Position numbers and translations under genes: made by a program
NCBI GenBank assembly: GCA_964016885.1
Contig: OZ024741.1
Coordinates: forward strand, 381,362,001 to 381,426,000
Direction of reading: 5' to 3'
Source of the DNA: Eledone cirrhosa
Taxonomy: Eukaryota
DNA: 64,000 nt
Shown here: positions 13,020 to 26,001 of the stretch, piece after piece
How positions within the stretch are numbered: the stretch's first letter is position 1
Layout: every line of letters starts with the position of its first letter
The notes under the pieces: model-generated
Database searches by the model: none
The model's input: the letters and a program-made list of their open reading frames with translations, nothing else
Told to the model about the DNA's origin: nothing

Positions 13020-14090
13020 ACATTCTCTACCACATGTTTGGCAAGCATGATGAGTAGCATCTCCAACAGCAGCCTGGTAGTCAACCACTGGTCTTAAATT
13101 TATGACTGCGAAGATGACTTTCGAGTCCAGCTTTGCTTAGGCAGAGTCTCGCACAGACGCTGCATGTCAGCACCATAGGAGGACCCTCGCCGTCTGGAAG
13201 TGCAACAGCACTGCCCTTCCTCACGTCCCGCTTTACTTTCTCGTGTGCGATTCGAGATGCCTCGAAGGCAACTTTTCCCTCATATACAGTCTTTCTCCAT
13301 TTATTACGATCAGCAGCAATATTTTCCCATGTATCAGCAGAGATGTTAGCGTCTTTCAGAGAGGCTTTCAAGGAATCCTTATACCTCTTTTTTGGTTTAT
13401 GTGGCGGTCGTTTTCCTTTAACCAACTCTCCATAGAAGAGTTGTTTTGGTATTCTAGAATCCTTCATCCTGGCAAGGTGACCACTCCAACGGAGTCGTTG
13501 CTTAAGCACAAGAGCTTCTATACTGTCACACATAGAGCTTTCCAAAATCTCGACATCACTGATGTGGTCCCTCCAGTGAACGCCATGGATCCGTCTGAGA
13601 CACATCTGATGGAAACGCTCCAATTGCTTAAGGTGGCGTCGATATGTGACCCAGGTCTCGCAGGCATAAAGAAGACAAGAGAGTACACATGCCCTGTACA
13701 CCCTTACCTTTGTCCTCCTGCATATGTCTCGCCGACCCCAGAGTCGCCTTTCTAGCTTTCCGAAAGCATCACTTGCTTTCCTAACCCTAAGTGAGATTTC
13801 ACTGTCAAGGTTGCCGTATCAATTGACAGTGCTTCCCATGTAGACAAACTGATCAACCACTCCAAGTCGTTTGCCATACACATAGATGTTTGGTTCAGTG
13901 TACTGCTTACTAGGGGCAGGTTGGTACATGACGACGGTTTTCTTGAGACTGACAGTCAAACCCAGGGCAGTGCAAGCGTCAGAAAATGCATTCAAAATAT
14001 GCTGCATATCCCTCCTTGTGTGCGCTACAAGATCGCAATCATCTGCATACAAGAGGTCTCTTTTGACTGATGTAAATACTTTTGTCTTCG
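13020..14090 (-). mobile_element. 5'-truncated RTE-clade LINE (RT C-terminal half + terminal C2H2 finger)
   Basis: LLYADDCDL, FVYMGS, LLYACETW, LRWSGHLARM..RIPKQLFYGEL and CSVCARLC..HLRSH. Tracked ORFs 13819-14181 and 13081-13701 are in frame across one TGA. Confidence 0.9.
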
Positions 14091-14199
14091 CATACACACA
14101 TATATACACATACATACATATATATACATACATACATATATATATATATGTGAATACACATTCACACACACACATATACACCTACATACATACATGTTC

Positions 14200-14330
14200 T
14201 CATTATTTCTTGAGTTGAAGGACTAGCGTCCGAAACTTTAAGACACTCTTCCTGCTATATCAAGCGTTAACCTAATATATATCTTCCTTATGTACCGATT
14301 GTCTTGTTAACTCTGTTTACCTTTTACACC
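14200..14330 (+). repeat. Short HHR-derived repeat family C (degenerate core); other copies at 61275-61430 and 63400-63530
   Basis: Shared GAAGGACTAGCGTCCGAAAC..TAAGAC..CTGCTAYATCAAGCGTTAACCTAATATAT. Confidence 0.7.
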
Positions 14331-14348
14331 CCCCCCCCACACACACAT

Positions 14349-14415
<67 letters not shown>

Positions 14416-15180
14416 CATAAAATCAAGGGAAAGCAAATAAAGAAAAAAAATTAAAATAAATTTTTAAAAATTCACTGTACTTACTATATGTGCCTTTATA
14501 TTGAAGTACGTTATACATGTGGAAAAATCAGACAGGTAAGAAGTGCTTACATATTTAAATTTAAAAAAAAACAGAGATAAAGACCCACTTTAATCCCCTA
14601 TAATTTAATGAGCTCAATGATAGATTCCGTGCTCTTTATAAATCAACATATTGATAGAGATATGTTTTCCATCATAAGGGATCAAAAACTACTTGTGTGA
14701 CGTACATATTATCGACGGAATAAATGGTGCATACAAATCAATAAAATAATATATTATGCCTCCTAATTCATTTCTGTATGTAAGTAGAGCTTCCAAAATT
14801 GAATGGTTCTGAGCTGCTGTTTTTTAACGGTCTTTTGGTCTATTTACACCACCATGGGCTATAAAACGCACATGTCTTTACTCTATACCATGCGTGTATT
14901 CTTAGTTATCTCATATATATTTACAAGTGTTGGTCGTATTGCTATTCACCCACCGATGAGCTACTTCTACAATATGGATTGTTCACTTTTTATAGCGAAA
15001 CATTCGGATTTGAGCATGTCCGAGTGTTAAAGTTATGATTGGATGATTATTACACTTTAATATATTCTCTTCATTGATTTCTATTCACTTTTCCTTCCGT
15101 AGTTAATATGTTCATCACCCTGGTTGTGTTACAATTGAACACATATTTCGATGTGTACTTTTCACTACATGTTGATTTAT

Positions 15181-15296
<116 letters not shown>

Positions 15297-15909
15297 GCAA
15301 GCACACACACACGCACACACACTTATATGTTTTTTCTTCCTTCCTCTGTTTATTTGTTGCTTGTTATTGACACACCTCTACTAATATCATTTTATTATTA
15401 TCACCTTACGGCGTTGATAGAATAACGTATCAGATACGCACTCATTTCGATATAATCATATTTCCCTCCTTCAAAATGTTTGGCGCTGTGCCTAAATGAG
15501 AAGATATTATTATCATTTATCAATTTAATTATTTTCTAATCTGTATATGTTGTGTTCATGTCCATCTATTAGGTGCATATGCCCTTTCTATTCTCAATGT
15601 ATGACATTTTAACACTCTATGGAGATACTATAAATAACACTAAACCGGCAGCACTTCAAGCGAATATATATTTGGGGTGATGGGATTATGCCATAGATTT
15701 AAAAATTCATGTCTGATGAATTATTGATTCCAGTGAAACCTGATCGTGCACAGTTATACTTTGAGCTGATCGATAGCGAAACGCGTGTCACTTCTTTTTA
15801 TATCACATCGAATCACATTTGCTATGAGTCAAATACAAAACAAAGTGTTCTTGCAATGACGTCCGTTAAGTTATTGAAACAAATATACACCTACTTAAAA
15901 TACTGAGGA

Positions 15910-16176
15910 CTTGTACTGCATGGACATATATAGAAAAATGCTTTCGATAATATTACATGTAATGAAATGAAAACATTATCAAAAGTCAATACTAACGCTT
16001 CCTCATTTAAGAAACACCTAGATAAATGCAAAAACACCGACAAAAACATAACAGTTATGATAGAAACTAAGGAAAAAAAACTCGTCAATCTTAGAATTAA
16101 GGAAGCACTGATTATAGACAAAACACAACCACCAATCAATAATAGACTAGAACTCAACACCCAATTTACAACTTGA
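15910..16176 (+). pseudogene. C-terminal GIY-YIG fragment of another Penelope-like element
   Basis: SSFKKHLDKC..LRIKEALIIDKTQPPINNR resembles the conserved E..I...P.LN end of PLE endonucleases. Confidence 0.6.
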
Positions 16177-16902
16177 TAGAGCACCTAGCACCACACTTAC
16201 AACCCCCCCACACACAAACACGCATACGCACACACACACGCACACACAAACACACGCTACACCTCCACTTATTCTCTCACACACACACACATACACGCAC
16301 AAAGACCAGTTTTAACATGATAGAGCATCTAGCCCCCACATTTACGTATAGACATAACTTCTCACACTCACACACACACACATATTTACGCCTTCACGTA
16401 TTCTCCCACACACGTAAGCATACATGTACAAAACCCCTTTTAAAGGGAGACTACTCTTTATCCACCTAACCTTCACTCTTTGACATTAGAGATAGAACAG
16501 AATCTCTATACCATTTCCTGTCACCATGATTGGCAAGCTATTTAGAACGCTGGTTTAACCACATTACTTCCCTCCGAATAAGAGATATTATCTCGAAAAT
16601 TAAGGATATTTAAATAAATTTAAGGTAACAGACTAATTGTCAACAATATATTTTAAATTTGCATTTATATTCTATAACCATATCTGCATTGTTTTGGCCT
16701 TACAACTACACACGTTTATACCTCATCACACAATGCTTCAAGTGAACTATAACTTCCTCCATATATATATATATATAATCAGAAAATGACCAACATATAT
16801 AACTACTCCATTACCAAAGGTTTCTGGATCATAGACAATATTAAATAGCTCTGTTCTATACATAGAACACTCTTTTTTCCTTTGCGTTTTCTTCGGAAAT
16901 AC

Positions 16903-16973
<71 letters not shown>

Positions 16974-17015
16974 AGGTAAATATACACGGGTGTGTATGAT
17001 TGTGTATAGAAGATT

Positions 17016-17145
17016 ATATTAATAAGAGGAATTCCAACTTTGTCTGATTTACTCGTTTTATTTACAATCCTTTAAAATATATATATTAAAGGATTGTAAA
17101 TAAAACGAGTAAATCAGACAAAGTTGGAATTCCTCTTATTAATAT
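17016..17145. repeat. Fold-back palindrome (~60 bp arms), same family as 25221-25423
   Basis: ATATTAATAAGAGGAATTCCAACTTTGTCTGATTTACTCG..CCTTTAA followed by its exact reverse complement. Confidence 0.9.
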
Positions 17146-17173
17146 ATATATATATATATATTTATTAAAATAA

Positions 17174-17247
17174 CAGATTAAAGTTTAAGCAAAGAATCGC
17201 TGCTTTCACCCTTAACGGGATCTTCTGAAACTAACAAAGTCAATCTG
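17174..17247 (-). ncRNA. Type I hammerhead ribozyme, variant core CAGAAGA (3' pLTR)
   Basis: Same fold as 1801-1874. Stem III is GAAA-GCA-GCGATTCTT-TGC-TT. Confidence 0.7.
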
Positions 17248-17358
17248 TAAACGCAGAACTGGATATTTCAAAAAACGTTGCAACCGGAGGAAGACAGGAA
17301 GACGATACTTTGGTTCGTGCTAACGTTCGCTGGCAGAGAACGGGAAAAAACGAATAAT

Positions 17359-17540
17359 TGTTTCTACTTTAGGCACAAGGCCAGCAATTACCCAGTGCAT
17401 TACTGGTACTTTATTTTATCGACCCCGTAAGGATGAAAGGCAAAGTCAACCTCGGCGGGATTTGAACTCAGATCGTAAAGGGACGTAGCTATGCTGGAAA
17501 GCATGGCGTCCGACCCTCTACCGATACTGCCAATCCACCG
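17359..17540 (-). mobile_element. tRNA-derived SINE inserted in the 3' pLTR
   Basis: A-box-like TGGCAGTATCGG, B-box GAGTTCAAATCC, core GCCTTTCATCCTTACGGGGTCGATAAAATAAAGTACCAG. TSD CGAATAAT at 17351 and 17541. Absent from the other pLTR copies. Confidence 0.92.
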
Positions 17541-18350
17541 CGAATAATACGTCATTAATAGGAGCGGTGAAAAACAATTACGCGCAAAGACAAAACCACC
17601 TTTATGGTATAAAAGAGGTCGTAGACTAATGTTCTCTTAGGTGGTGCATAGAGACGTTCTCTGGCAAAGAACGAAAAAACGAAGATAATAAGTCATATGT
17701 GGATCGTGGAGAACAATAGCACGCAAAGACAAAACCACGTAAATGGTATAGCAGAAATCGTAGACTAAAATTCTAACTAGGAGACCAAATGAATCTCCGC
17801 TACAGAGTTAAGAACAAAGTAAATAAATACAATACAGAAGTAATAGAAACAAATAAATACATACACGCAAACAGATACGTACATACACAAGCATACGTAA
17901 AACCTTACCATAGGTATACAAAACCACGCACATATAAATATGTGTGTGTGTGTATGCTTGTGTACAAATAAATAAATAATTATATAAACGTATATAAGTA
18001 AATAAATACGTATATAAAAAGCGCACACGCATACCTACATATAAATACACGAATGTTCGGAGACGTAAGTCAACTAAAACAAGAAGTACACATATACACA
18101 CACCCACCATACGTACGAACCTGCACACTGACGCGGACGCAAAACTCCCGAATACGCATAGCCAAACCCTAAATACCAGAATATGTAAAAATTATACGCT
18201 ATAACAGTCAAATATACGTACTAGAAGGTATACATACTTTCACGAAACATACGGGTAATATATACTTACCTATGCAAATAAGTAAAGGAATAAACAAAAC
18301 ATATACTTAGCCCCCACATCAAGACGTAAAATATCCACGTATAGATCGTG

Positions 18351-20480
18351 CTATCCGTTAGGGTATAACGTGGAGCTGTAATACAGGAAAGTTTTGTGCA
18401 ATTTATGTTTACAAGCCGAAATTGCCTCAGATTTTTTGTTTAAGATGTGGTCTGTAGCGTAGAGTATTTCCAGAGCCTCAGCGGCGCAGAGGTCACATGG
18501 TCTTTTATTTCCGTTATACGATCTAGCCCTAGCTAGGATCTCCCAGTGTAACTTATATTGGGTGTGGATGTCTTTTAGACTCCAGATATAAGCTGAAAGT
18601 GACGTCATATTCCTTCTTAGAGGGTAACGAAAAGAATGGGTATGCATGTAAAGACGCTGCTTGAAACTATTGGCGGTTAACCCTATGTAGGCCCTACGGG
18701 ACGTGGGTGTTACACCCTTACATTTGTAGACAATGTTACTAGAGAGGTATTTCCCGGATAGGGGGCAATCAGCCCGATTCCTACAATTACAGTTAGTACT
18801 AACTAGAGGGTTGCACGTGTTCCTACAGCTAGGTAGTTTAGCTAAATTTGAAGCTGTGATGTTATGTGCAAGGTTAGGAGTCGTAGAGTAAGAAATTTTA
18901 ATAGTATTTCTATTAAAAATTTTACTATATTTATGTGTAGGGGGAAAATGCTTCGTAATAAGGGAAAGAAAGATCTTAGCTAATGGTGTGGCCACCTCCA
19001 TATTATATGGTGGGTTAAACCAACAAATGCGAGGGAATCTATTTCTTCTAGGTCTATTTTCGTACTCTGTATATGCTACCTTATCGACAAATCCACTTCG
19101 AGCAAGAGCTTCATTGTAATAAGTGGAAAGGTCGTTGAAAATGCGCTCGTTCGTGGGAAGACGGGAAAGCCTCAACGAAAGGTTTCTTACCAGGTTCTTG
19201 GTTATGCTGGCAGGATGGTTGGAATGCTTACTTATGTAATTAAGCGTATCATTCGGCTTTCTATACGGGTAATACAACCCATTCAATAAATTGAGGGTAA
19301 CGTCGAGGTAATTAACGACCGAGAGATTGGCCTCAACCTGTATAGAGAGGTTGAAGGCTTTAAAGAAGGCTGTGAGTTCTTTTCTGAACCTGTCGCAAGC
19401 ACGAGGTCCGCACTTAGTCATGGTCAAAAGACCATCGTCACGGTACAAGCCACCGCCCACGTTGGGGAATTCGTCCTTGATAGAGAAAAGAATGAAAAGG
19501 CCAATAAGATCAGTAACCTCCGCAGAGTCACTGGCGCCCATACTCACGTCGAATGGGGTACTATTGGATTTTTTAATCCAAGTAGAGTCGTCGAAATTAA
19601 TCACCGACTTTCGGGCATTAAGGATGACATCAACTTCAAAATCCTTAACCACTGTGAGTGTTTTAGCGAAATTGATAGCTCTAAGGAGAAGTGGTAAAGT
19701 GATGGAGGAATAGTAATTGTTGATGTCGAATTGGATAAAATGGCAATGTTCCTTGTTACATATGCCGTTGAACCAATCAATCACCGCGAAAGAATTGTTC
19801 CACAGTGCGAGAGGGGCCAAGCTTCTAATTTCAGGTATAATTCTATCAAGAATCGTTTTACTAAGTCTACCTAAATCGGACTTCGTAGGGTTAATAAGCC
19901 GAATAGAGGGGTTGTTCGGAAAATTGGATTTGTGATCCTTCAGGGTAAAGTGGGGAGAGATAGTGTCCAGAGGTTCGGTCCGGTCCAGGATGTTGAGATC
20001 AGAATTGATTTTAAACCCAACATCGTTGATTTCGTTGATGACGCACCGATTAGTTTTACGGTAATCCTTAGTTACAGCATTATGTAGTAGTTGATGGTAA
20101 GTACTGCGCTCCACTTGATATAGGTTGCCAGTTTTCTCGGAATGGACGTGCACGGCGTTAGAATCCTTAATAGAACGAATTCTATTCTTCAGTTCTAGCT
20201 GGAAGGAATTGCTCCTATTCCGAAATTTGATATTCCGAATGAGTTCCAAGGCATCATTTTCGAAGGGTAGCAATGCTGGGTTCCACGGAGGGTTATTATA
20301 GGTTTTAAATCCAAATTTATCCTGTTTGTTGTCTGCTTTTCGCGGATTATCGAAATAAAAGGCACGCCAACGCAACCTTTTAATGAACGCGTCTGTTTTC
20401 TGTATCAGGAGTTTTAGGTATGTTTTCCTGCTTGGTACGGGTATGTTCTTTGTAGAAATATTCAGATGTTGTTTCTGCAT
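18351..20480 (-). CDS. PLE polyprotein: reverse transcriptase + GIY-YIG endonuclease (709 aa)
   Basis: ATG-to-stop open frame with KRLRWRA, KDHK, FIQFDINNYYSSI, VSMGASDSAEVTDLIG, GGLYRDDGLL, NYLDVTL, CNC..CPL, NIVYKC..YIGLT..R..H, CDLC and CKH. Confidence 0.95.
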   Translation of the reverse strand: MQKQHLNISTKNIPVPSRKTYLKLLIQKTDAFIKRLRWRAFYFDNPRKADNKQDKFGFKTYNNPPWNPALLPFENDALELIRNIKFRNRSNSFQLELKNRIRSIKDSNAVHVHSEKTGNLYQVERSTYHQLLHNAVTKDYRKTNRCVINEINDVGFKINSDLNILDRTEPLDTISPHFTLKDHKSNFPNNPSIRLINPTKSDLGRLSKTILDRIIPEIRSLAPLALWNNSFAVIDWFNGICNKEHCHFIQFDINNYYSSITLPLLLRAINFAKTLTVVKDFEVDVILNARKSVINFDDSTWIKKSNSTPFDVSMGASDSAEVTDLIGLFILFSIKDEFPNVGGGLYRDDGLLTMTKCGPRACDRFRKELTAFFKAFNLSIQVEANLSVVNYLDVTLNLLNGLYYPYRKPNDTLNYISKHSNHPASITKNLVRNLSLRLSRLPTNERIFNDLSTYYNEALARSGFVDKVAYTEYENRPRRNRFPRICWFNPPYNMEVATPLAKIFLSLITKHFPPTHKYSKIFNRNTIKISYSTTPNLAHNITASNLAKLPSCRNTCNPLVSTNCNCRNRADCPLSGKYLSSNIVYKCKGVTPTSRRAYIGLTANSFKQRLYMHTHSFRYPLRRNMTSLSAYIWSLKDIHTQYKLHWEILARARSYNGNKRPCDLCAAEALEILYATDHILNKKSEAISACKHKLHKTFLYYSSTLYPNG

Positions 20481-20625
20481 GATGAATATAAGTCAATAGA
20501 GTGCTCAACCGAAGGAGCCAAATATTAATAATAATAAAATTGAAGTCTAAAATCCAAAGAGGGCTCGATAAGGAAAATATATATCAAATATATAAGAACC
20601 GTAGAGCAAATATTTATTAAAATAA

Positions 20626-20699
20626 CAGATTAAAGTTTAAGCAAAGAATCGCTACTTTCACCCTTAACGGGATCTTCTGAAACTAACAAAGTCAATCTG
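20626..20699 (-). ncRNA. Type I hammerhead ribozyme, variant core CAGAAGA (5' pLTR, ~150 nt upstream of ATG)
   Basis: Same fold. A stem III C>T change gives a U-G wobble and preserves pairing. Confidence 0.7.
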
Positions 20700-21617
20700 T
20701 AAACGCAGAACTGGATATTTCAAAAAACGTTGCAACCGGAGGAAGACAGGAAGACGATACTTTGGTTCATGGTAACGTTCGCTGGCAAAGAACGGGAAAA
20801 AACGAATAATACGTCATTAATAGGAGCGGTGAAAAACAATTACGCGCAAAGACAAAACCACATTTATGGTATAAAAGAGGTCGTAGACTAATGTTCTCTT
20901 AGCTGGTGCATAGAGACGTTCTCTGGCAATGAACGAAAAAACGAAGATAATAAGTCATATGTGGAGCGTGGAGAACAATAGCACGCAAAGACAAAACCAC
21001 GTAAATGGTATAGCAGAAATCGTAGACTAAAATTCTAACTAGGAGACCAAATGAATCTCCGCTACAGAGTTAAGAACAAAGTAAATAAATACAATACAGA
21101 GATAATAGAAACAAATAAATACATACACGCAAACAGATACGTACATACACAAGCATACGCAAAACCTTACCATGGGTATACAAAACCACGCACATATAAA
21201 TATGTGTGTGTGTGTATGCTTGTGTACAAATAAATAAATAATTATATAAACGTATATAAGTAAATAAATACGTATATAACAAGCGCACACGCATACCTAC
21301 ATATAAATACACGAATGTTCGGAGACGTAAGTCAACTAAAACAAGAAGTACACATATACACACACCCACCATACGTACGAACCTGCACACTGACGCGGAC
21401 GCAAAACTCCCGAATACCCATAGCCAAACCCTAAATACCAGAATATGTAAAAATTATACGCAATTTGTGCAATTTATGTTTACAAGCCGAAATTGCCTCA
21501 GATTTTTTGTTTAAGATGTGGTCTGTAGAGTATTTCCAGGGCCTCAGCGGCGCAGAGGTCACATGGTCTTTTATTTCCGTTATACGATCTAGCCCTAGCT
21601 GTTATACCGTATCATTT

Positions 21618-22960
21618 TTACATATTAATCTCATCAGCCGAGATTGGTCCCTCGCAGGACTCTGCCTCTTTGCTCGAGAGACGCGGCAGGCCGTCGAGGT
21701 ATGGACCGAAATCCACGTCCCCGCCAAGACCCTCGCCTCCCCCGAATAATCGGGTAAAGTGCCTTTGAAAGGCCTCGCACATATGCTTAGGCTCCCGGAT
21801 CACCCGTCCATCCTCGTCTTGCAACGACCGGATGGTGGATCGATTTCCACTCTTAGCTTCTGTCACGCGGGCCCAGCCAACGGCTTTGGTCCCCTCATTA
21901 CCTAGAGCACGTATTTTACTTCGAATGACGCAGCCTTCGTGCTTTGCATCGAAAAGCTGGTTCAAGGCCGTCCTCGATGCCAGTACTCTGGCCACATCTT
22001 CGCTCTTGATTGCCTCTTCTAAATTACCTGTTAATTCTTTCTCGTTTCTATTCCTATCGGCAGCTAACATCTTGCTATAACTTATTGATTCTCTCTAATC
22101 TCTCTTTTGAGAGATGCCCACCATCGGTTGTTGACGATTGCAGCCGTCAAACTCTCCTTAACTAATCTGCTAATCCGGTTTCTGTAAGTCTCTTTTGCCG
22201 GTAAAGACAAATTAAGTTTCCAGTAACCGGGACCCTGTTTATGTGTTTTCTCGAGATTGACTACCCAGGTCACTAATTTGTGATCCGTATAGCCAACCGT
22301 GAGCATTTCTGGACAGCTTAATATGTCCCTATCCTTACTTCTAACTAAGAATCTATCTAAGTACGATCTAGATTGACCACTGTGGTTCGTCCAAGTCCAG
22401 GTAGGCCAAGTTAGAAAATCTAGTCGATATCTATCGACCAAGTTAAAACGGTCGAGTAACCCCTTGAGGCTGTTACACCCCCCTCTATTAGGAAATGCTC
22501 CTGCATAGTCCCAACGTGCATCTAGGATGTCATTCCAATCCCCCGCTAGAAGCAGGGAACGCGACGTTCCCAGAAAAGTCTCCAAACGCTGGAAGAAGTC
22601 GGGCCGTTCAGCTCCGAAAGGGGAGTAGACAGCGACCAGTGTCAAGGCCGCACCTTCACTACTGCCAACGTCTAGCATCAACAAACGACCCTCCGGGTCC
22701 GAGTGAACAACCTGTACGGCAAGACCCAGGTGTTTTTGCAGCAGTACGACAACCCCACCCCCACCTCAAGGTTGACAGAGAGATGCATGCACCTCAAAGT
22801 CATCGAAGGTAGGGGCCAGCTGACGCACGACGCTGATCCGAGTCTCACAGATCACCATTACATTTATACCACATGACCTGAGGTCATTTAGAAGCTTTGC
22901 TTGCTTCCAAGTTGAGCCCAGGCCACGTGCATTCAAACATCCTACTCTTAACACATCCAT
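21618..22960 (-). pseudogene. LINE ORF2 N-terminus (APE endonuclease), frameshifted
   Basis: VGCLNARGL, ICETR, VAVYSP, LAGDWN, SYLDRFLV, TDHKLV and GPGYWKLN. Confidence 0.88.
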
Positions 22961-22993
22961 GTGGGCGGCAAAGCCAAAGGAGAGTGAAGAGAC

Positions 22994-24726
22994 CTACCTT
23001 TCTGCTTCCCGGAGTTCGGGTCGCACGACTTCCATGGGGTCGGGGGTGTTGGGTGAAGGGGTGTCTTGTGGTGGTGTGGGGTCGTCAGTGTGTGGTGGGG
23101 TTGGGGTGTTTGGAGTTGTGTTGGGGAGGGGAAGGGGAGGGAGAAAGGTTGTTAGTAGGACGCGTTTTATGGGTTTGACAGAGGGTGGTTCTACGTCCTC
23201 CTTAAAATCCTTTTTTAGTTTTTGGTAGAGGTTCATTGGGATCTTTATTACTTTTAAATGTGGGTAGTTTTCTGAAGAAACAAAGTTTACACGTTCGGTT
23301 TGTACCGAAGGATTATTGTTTATGAGTTCATTTAATTTATCATTGTTTCTGTTGATGTAAGTATAGTGTAATGTCTTTTTTTCGGATGGTGTGAGTGTTT
23401 CGAAGAGGGGAGGGGCAGGTTTGGTTTTGTTTGTTGCTGGAGGGGTGTTTTGTGTTTTGTTGGATTGTGTTGACATTTGGGTGGGGGTTGTTTGGCCTTG
23501 TGTGTTTTGCACATGTTTTCTTTTCTTCCTTTTAATCTGTCTGAAGGACTCCGTTTCTTCCTCCGAATTCGTTGGGTTATCTTCAGTGTTGGAGGGGAGA
23601 GGTATGTTTGCTGGTAATATTTCCGTGTTGGTTTTCTTTGTGGGGAGATGGATTTCACTATGTTAGACTGTGTTGTGTGTTGTGGCTGCGGTGGTTGTGT
23701 TGTTTTATTGAGTGAGGGGTTGGGTGGGCCTGTATTTTGTTATGGGGTAATTTGTTGTGACTGTTTGTGTGGTGGTGGTGGTGTAGTTTTACTGAGGGAC
23801 GGGTTGGGTGGGACTGAGTTTTGTTGTTTGTTTATCTGTTGTGGTGGTGGAGCTGGTGTTGGTAGCAGGGTTTTCTTTTTGTTGAGTTGGGGACAAGCCG
23901 GCTTCAGGTGCCCTCTTCCTGCACAGATATGACAGGACGGCCTTCTCCCCTCCACGCTAATGTTTATATACCCGTGGCCCTCTAATAGGATTCTGTCGGG
24001 TATTTGGGCGATGCGTTCAGGCTTCATTTGCACTACAAGTTCTATACCTGTTCCTCTGAACGCATTGCCTGTGGTTTTCCCAATGGAAATCACGTTGTCA
24101 TTCGCTGGATCGATGAAGCCAGCTATGAGCCAGCAGTAGTCCACATCTGGCATCATTGCATCCAGCCATATGCGTTGAGTTCTTTTACCCATATAAGATG
24201 GATAAAAGGTAAAATTTTTCGAAAGTATCGGTGACAAAACGCATGTTTTTGCCGCCGATTCGTTCTTCATAATAATCGCTAGGCTTCCATACAGTCTGTC
24301 TTTTCTTATGAAAGTGGTTTCATTAAGTACTTCTGTAAGTACTGTTTTGATTTCTGTTTGAGTTTGCTGTTCAGATTTTTTAGAAATGTTGTTGATGGTG
24401 CGGAAAACGATCGTTCGACTTTCAATGTCTTTGGTGAGTTCTTGAGGCATTTTTACCGATAAAATACCATTCTCTCCTTCAGTTATATATTGTTTGGCGT
24501 CTGCAATTCTTTGTGCCACATCTGAAATATTTTCAGGTATATATGTCAAAGATTTCTTTGTTGTTTGTGCAAATGAAATCTTATTGGTGTTGACTTTGTC
24601 GTCTGCTTTGCTTTCTGTTATGATGTTGTTTTCAAATGTTATTTTTGTGTTTGTCGTGTCTTTGTTTGTGGTATTAATATTGTCATGCAATTTTTCAAAT
24701 TTTTTTTTTTCGTTGTTGGAATCCAT
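22994..24726 (-). pseudogene. LINE ORF1 (CCHC zinc knuckle, Pro/Thr/Gln-rich tail), disrupted
   Basis: ISVEGRRPSCHICAGRGHLKPACP. Stop at 23740 and a later frameshift. Confidence 0.8.
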
Positions 24727-25220
24727 GTCCAGATCTGTGTTTTCGTCATTTTTCTCCGCAAATTCGTCTGTTTTTCTTTTATTTTGTCCTTCCTTCTCTA
24801 TGACGTTAGTTGGGAAGGAAGGGGGGGGGGGCTAAAGCGTGCGAGCTTACAACTCTTACCGCTGTCCCCCCACCACTATTTTCGTTGGCTTCGTTTAACA
24901 TTTCTGTCAGACGATTGAAATTTTTTTATGCCACAACATTTTTAAAAACAGGTTTTTCACCCCTAGGAGGGGTAAAGATGAGCTGACCCACCGCCTGAGA
25001 GTTCAGACGGGGAGGGGGGGGGGGGGGGTCAAGCTACACAATAGTATAAAAATTAAAATTGAACTTACAAAATTTCCGCAATAAATTTGAACAAAACTTC
25101 TGCGCGAAGTGAATTATATCTACGCTGTAGAACAGACGACAGCTAGATTTTGATATATATATATATATATAGATAGATAGATAAATATACACGGATGTGT
25201 ATGATTGTGTATAGAAGATT

Positions 25221-25416
25221 ATATTAATAAGAGGAATTCCAACTTTGTCTGATTTACTCGTTTTATTTACAATCCTTTAAAAATTATAATGGTATTATAA
25301 TGAAATAGTATGATAGAATATTAAATTCTATCATACTATTTCATTATAATTCCATTATAAATTTTAAAGGATTGTAAATAAAACGAGTAAATCAGACAAA
25401 GTTGGAATTCCTCTTA

Positions 25417-25423
<7 letters not shown>
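25221..25423. repeat. Fold-back palindrome (~100 bp arms), same family as 17016-17145
   Basis: Same outer arm sequence, longer inner arm, centre ~25322. Confidence 0.9.
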
Positions 25424-25503
<80 letters not shown>

Positions 25504-25970
25504 ATATAACTATATTTAATTCAATTAATACGATTTACTAACTTTTCATTGGTAACAAGTATAAATACTAAGCAATAGTATGCTATTACTGGTTCTACTG
25601 GATACTTATGTTTGTGAAACGGCGTCTAACTTTCTTTTACGAAGCTCTAATTTTTATTTTTGACATTTCAATGCTACAATCAAAGATATTTTAACCTGTG
25701 TGCTTCTATCAAAATGTTGATAATTTTCTGAAAGCAAAAATTCACGGCGACTTGAGAGATCTCAGCTACGATATTGCGGGAAAGAGGTTATAATGAAAGA
25801 ATCGCTGGAGATATTTAAAGGGCAAAACTTTCCAAAACAAGACACCTAGTAAAGTGGTCGGTCTCGCTCGGGGATCCACTCGCATCAATCGGAGACGGTT
25901 GCTTCTGACAGGACAAGCTTGACGTTTTTGAGGACTTTGCTCCCACGAACCACTCATGTATAAATGGGTG

Positions 25971-26001
<31 letters not shown>

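Larger units (their letters stand above)
17158..21600 (-). mobile_element. Full-length Penelope-like element (Naiad-type) with direct pseudo-LTRs (partial tandem)
   Basis: 17161-18533 is repeated at 20613-21600, including a copy of the ORF 3' end at 21463-21600 with a ~195 bp deletion. Intact ORF between. 3' end lies in (TA)n. Confidence 0.95.
21615..25150 (-). mobile_element. 5' half of an L1/Tx1-clade LINE (5'UTR, ORF1, AP endonuclease), 3'-truncated at the PLE
   Basis: ORF1 with zinc knuckle, followed by APE motifs. No RT domain before the PLE junction. Confidence 0.88.

Noticed and set aside
15705-15795. Two tandem HHR-like motifs (CTGATGA..GAAACCTG..CAGTTA; CTGATCGATAGCGAAACGCGTGTC), plus another near 16575
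   Set aside because: Stem I or the core is broken in each, so function cannot be supported.
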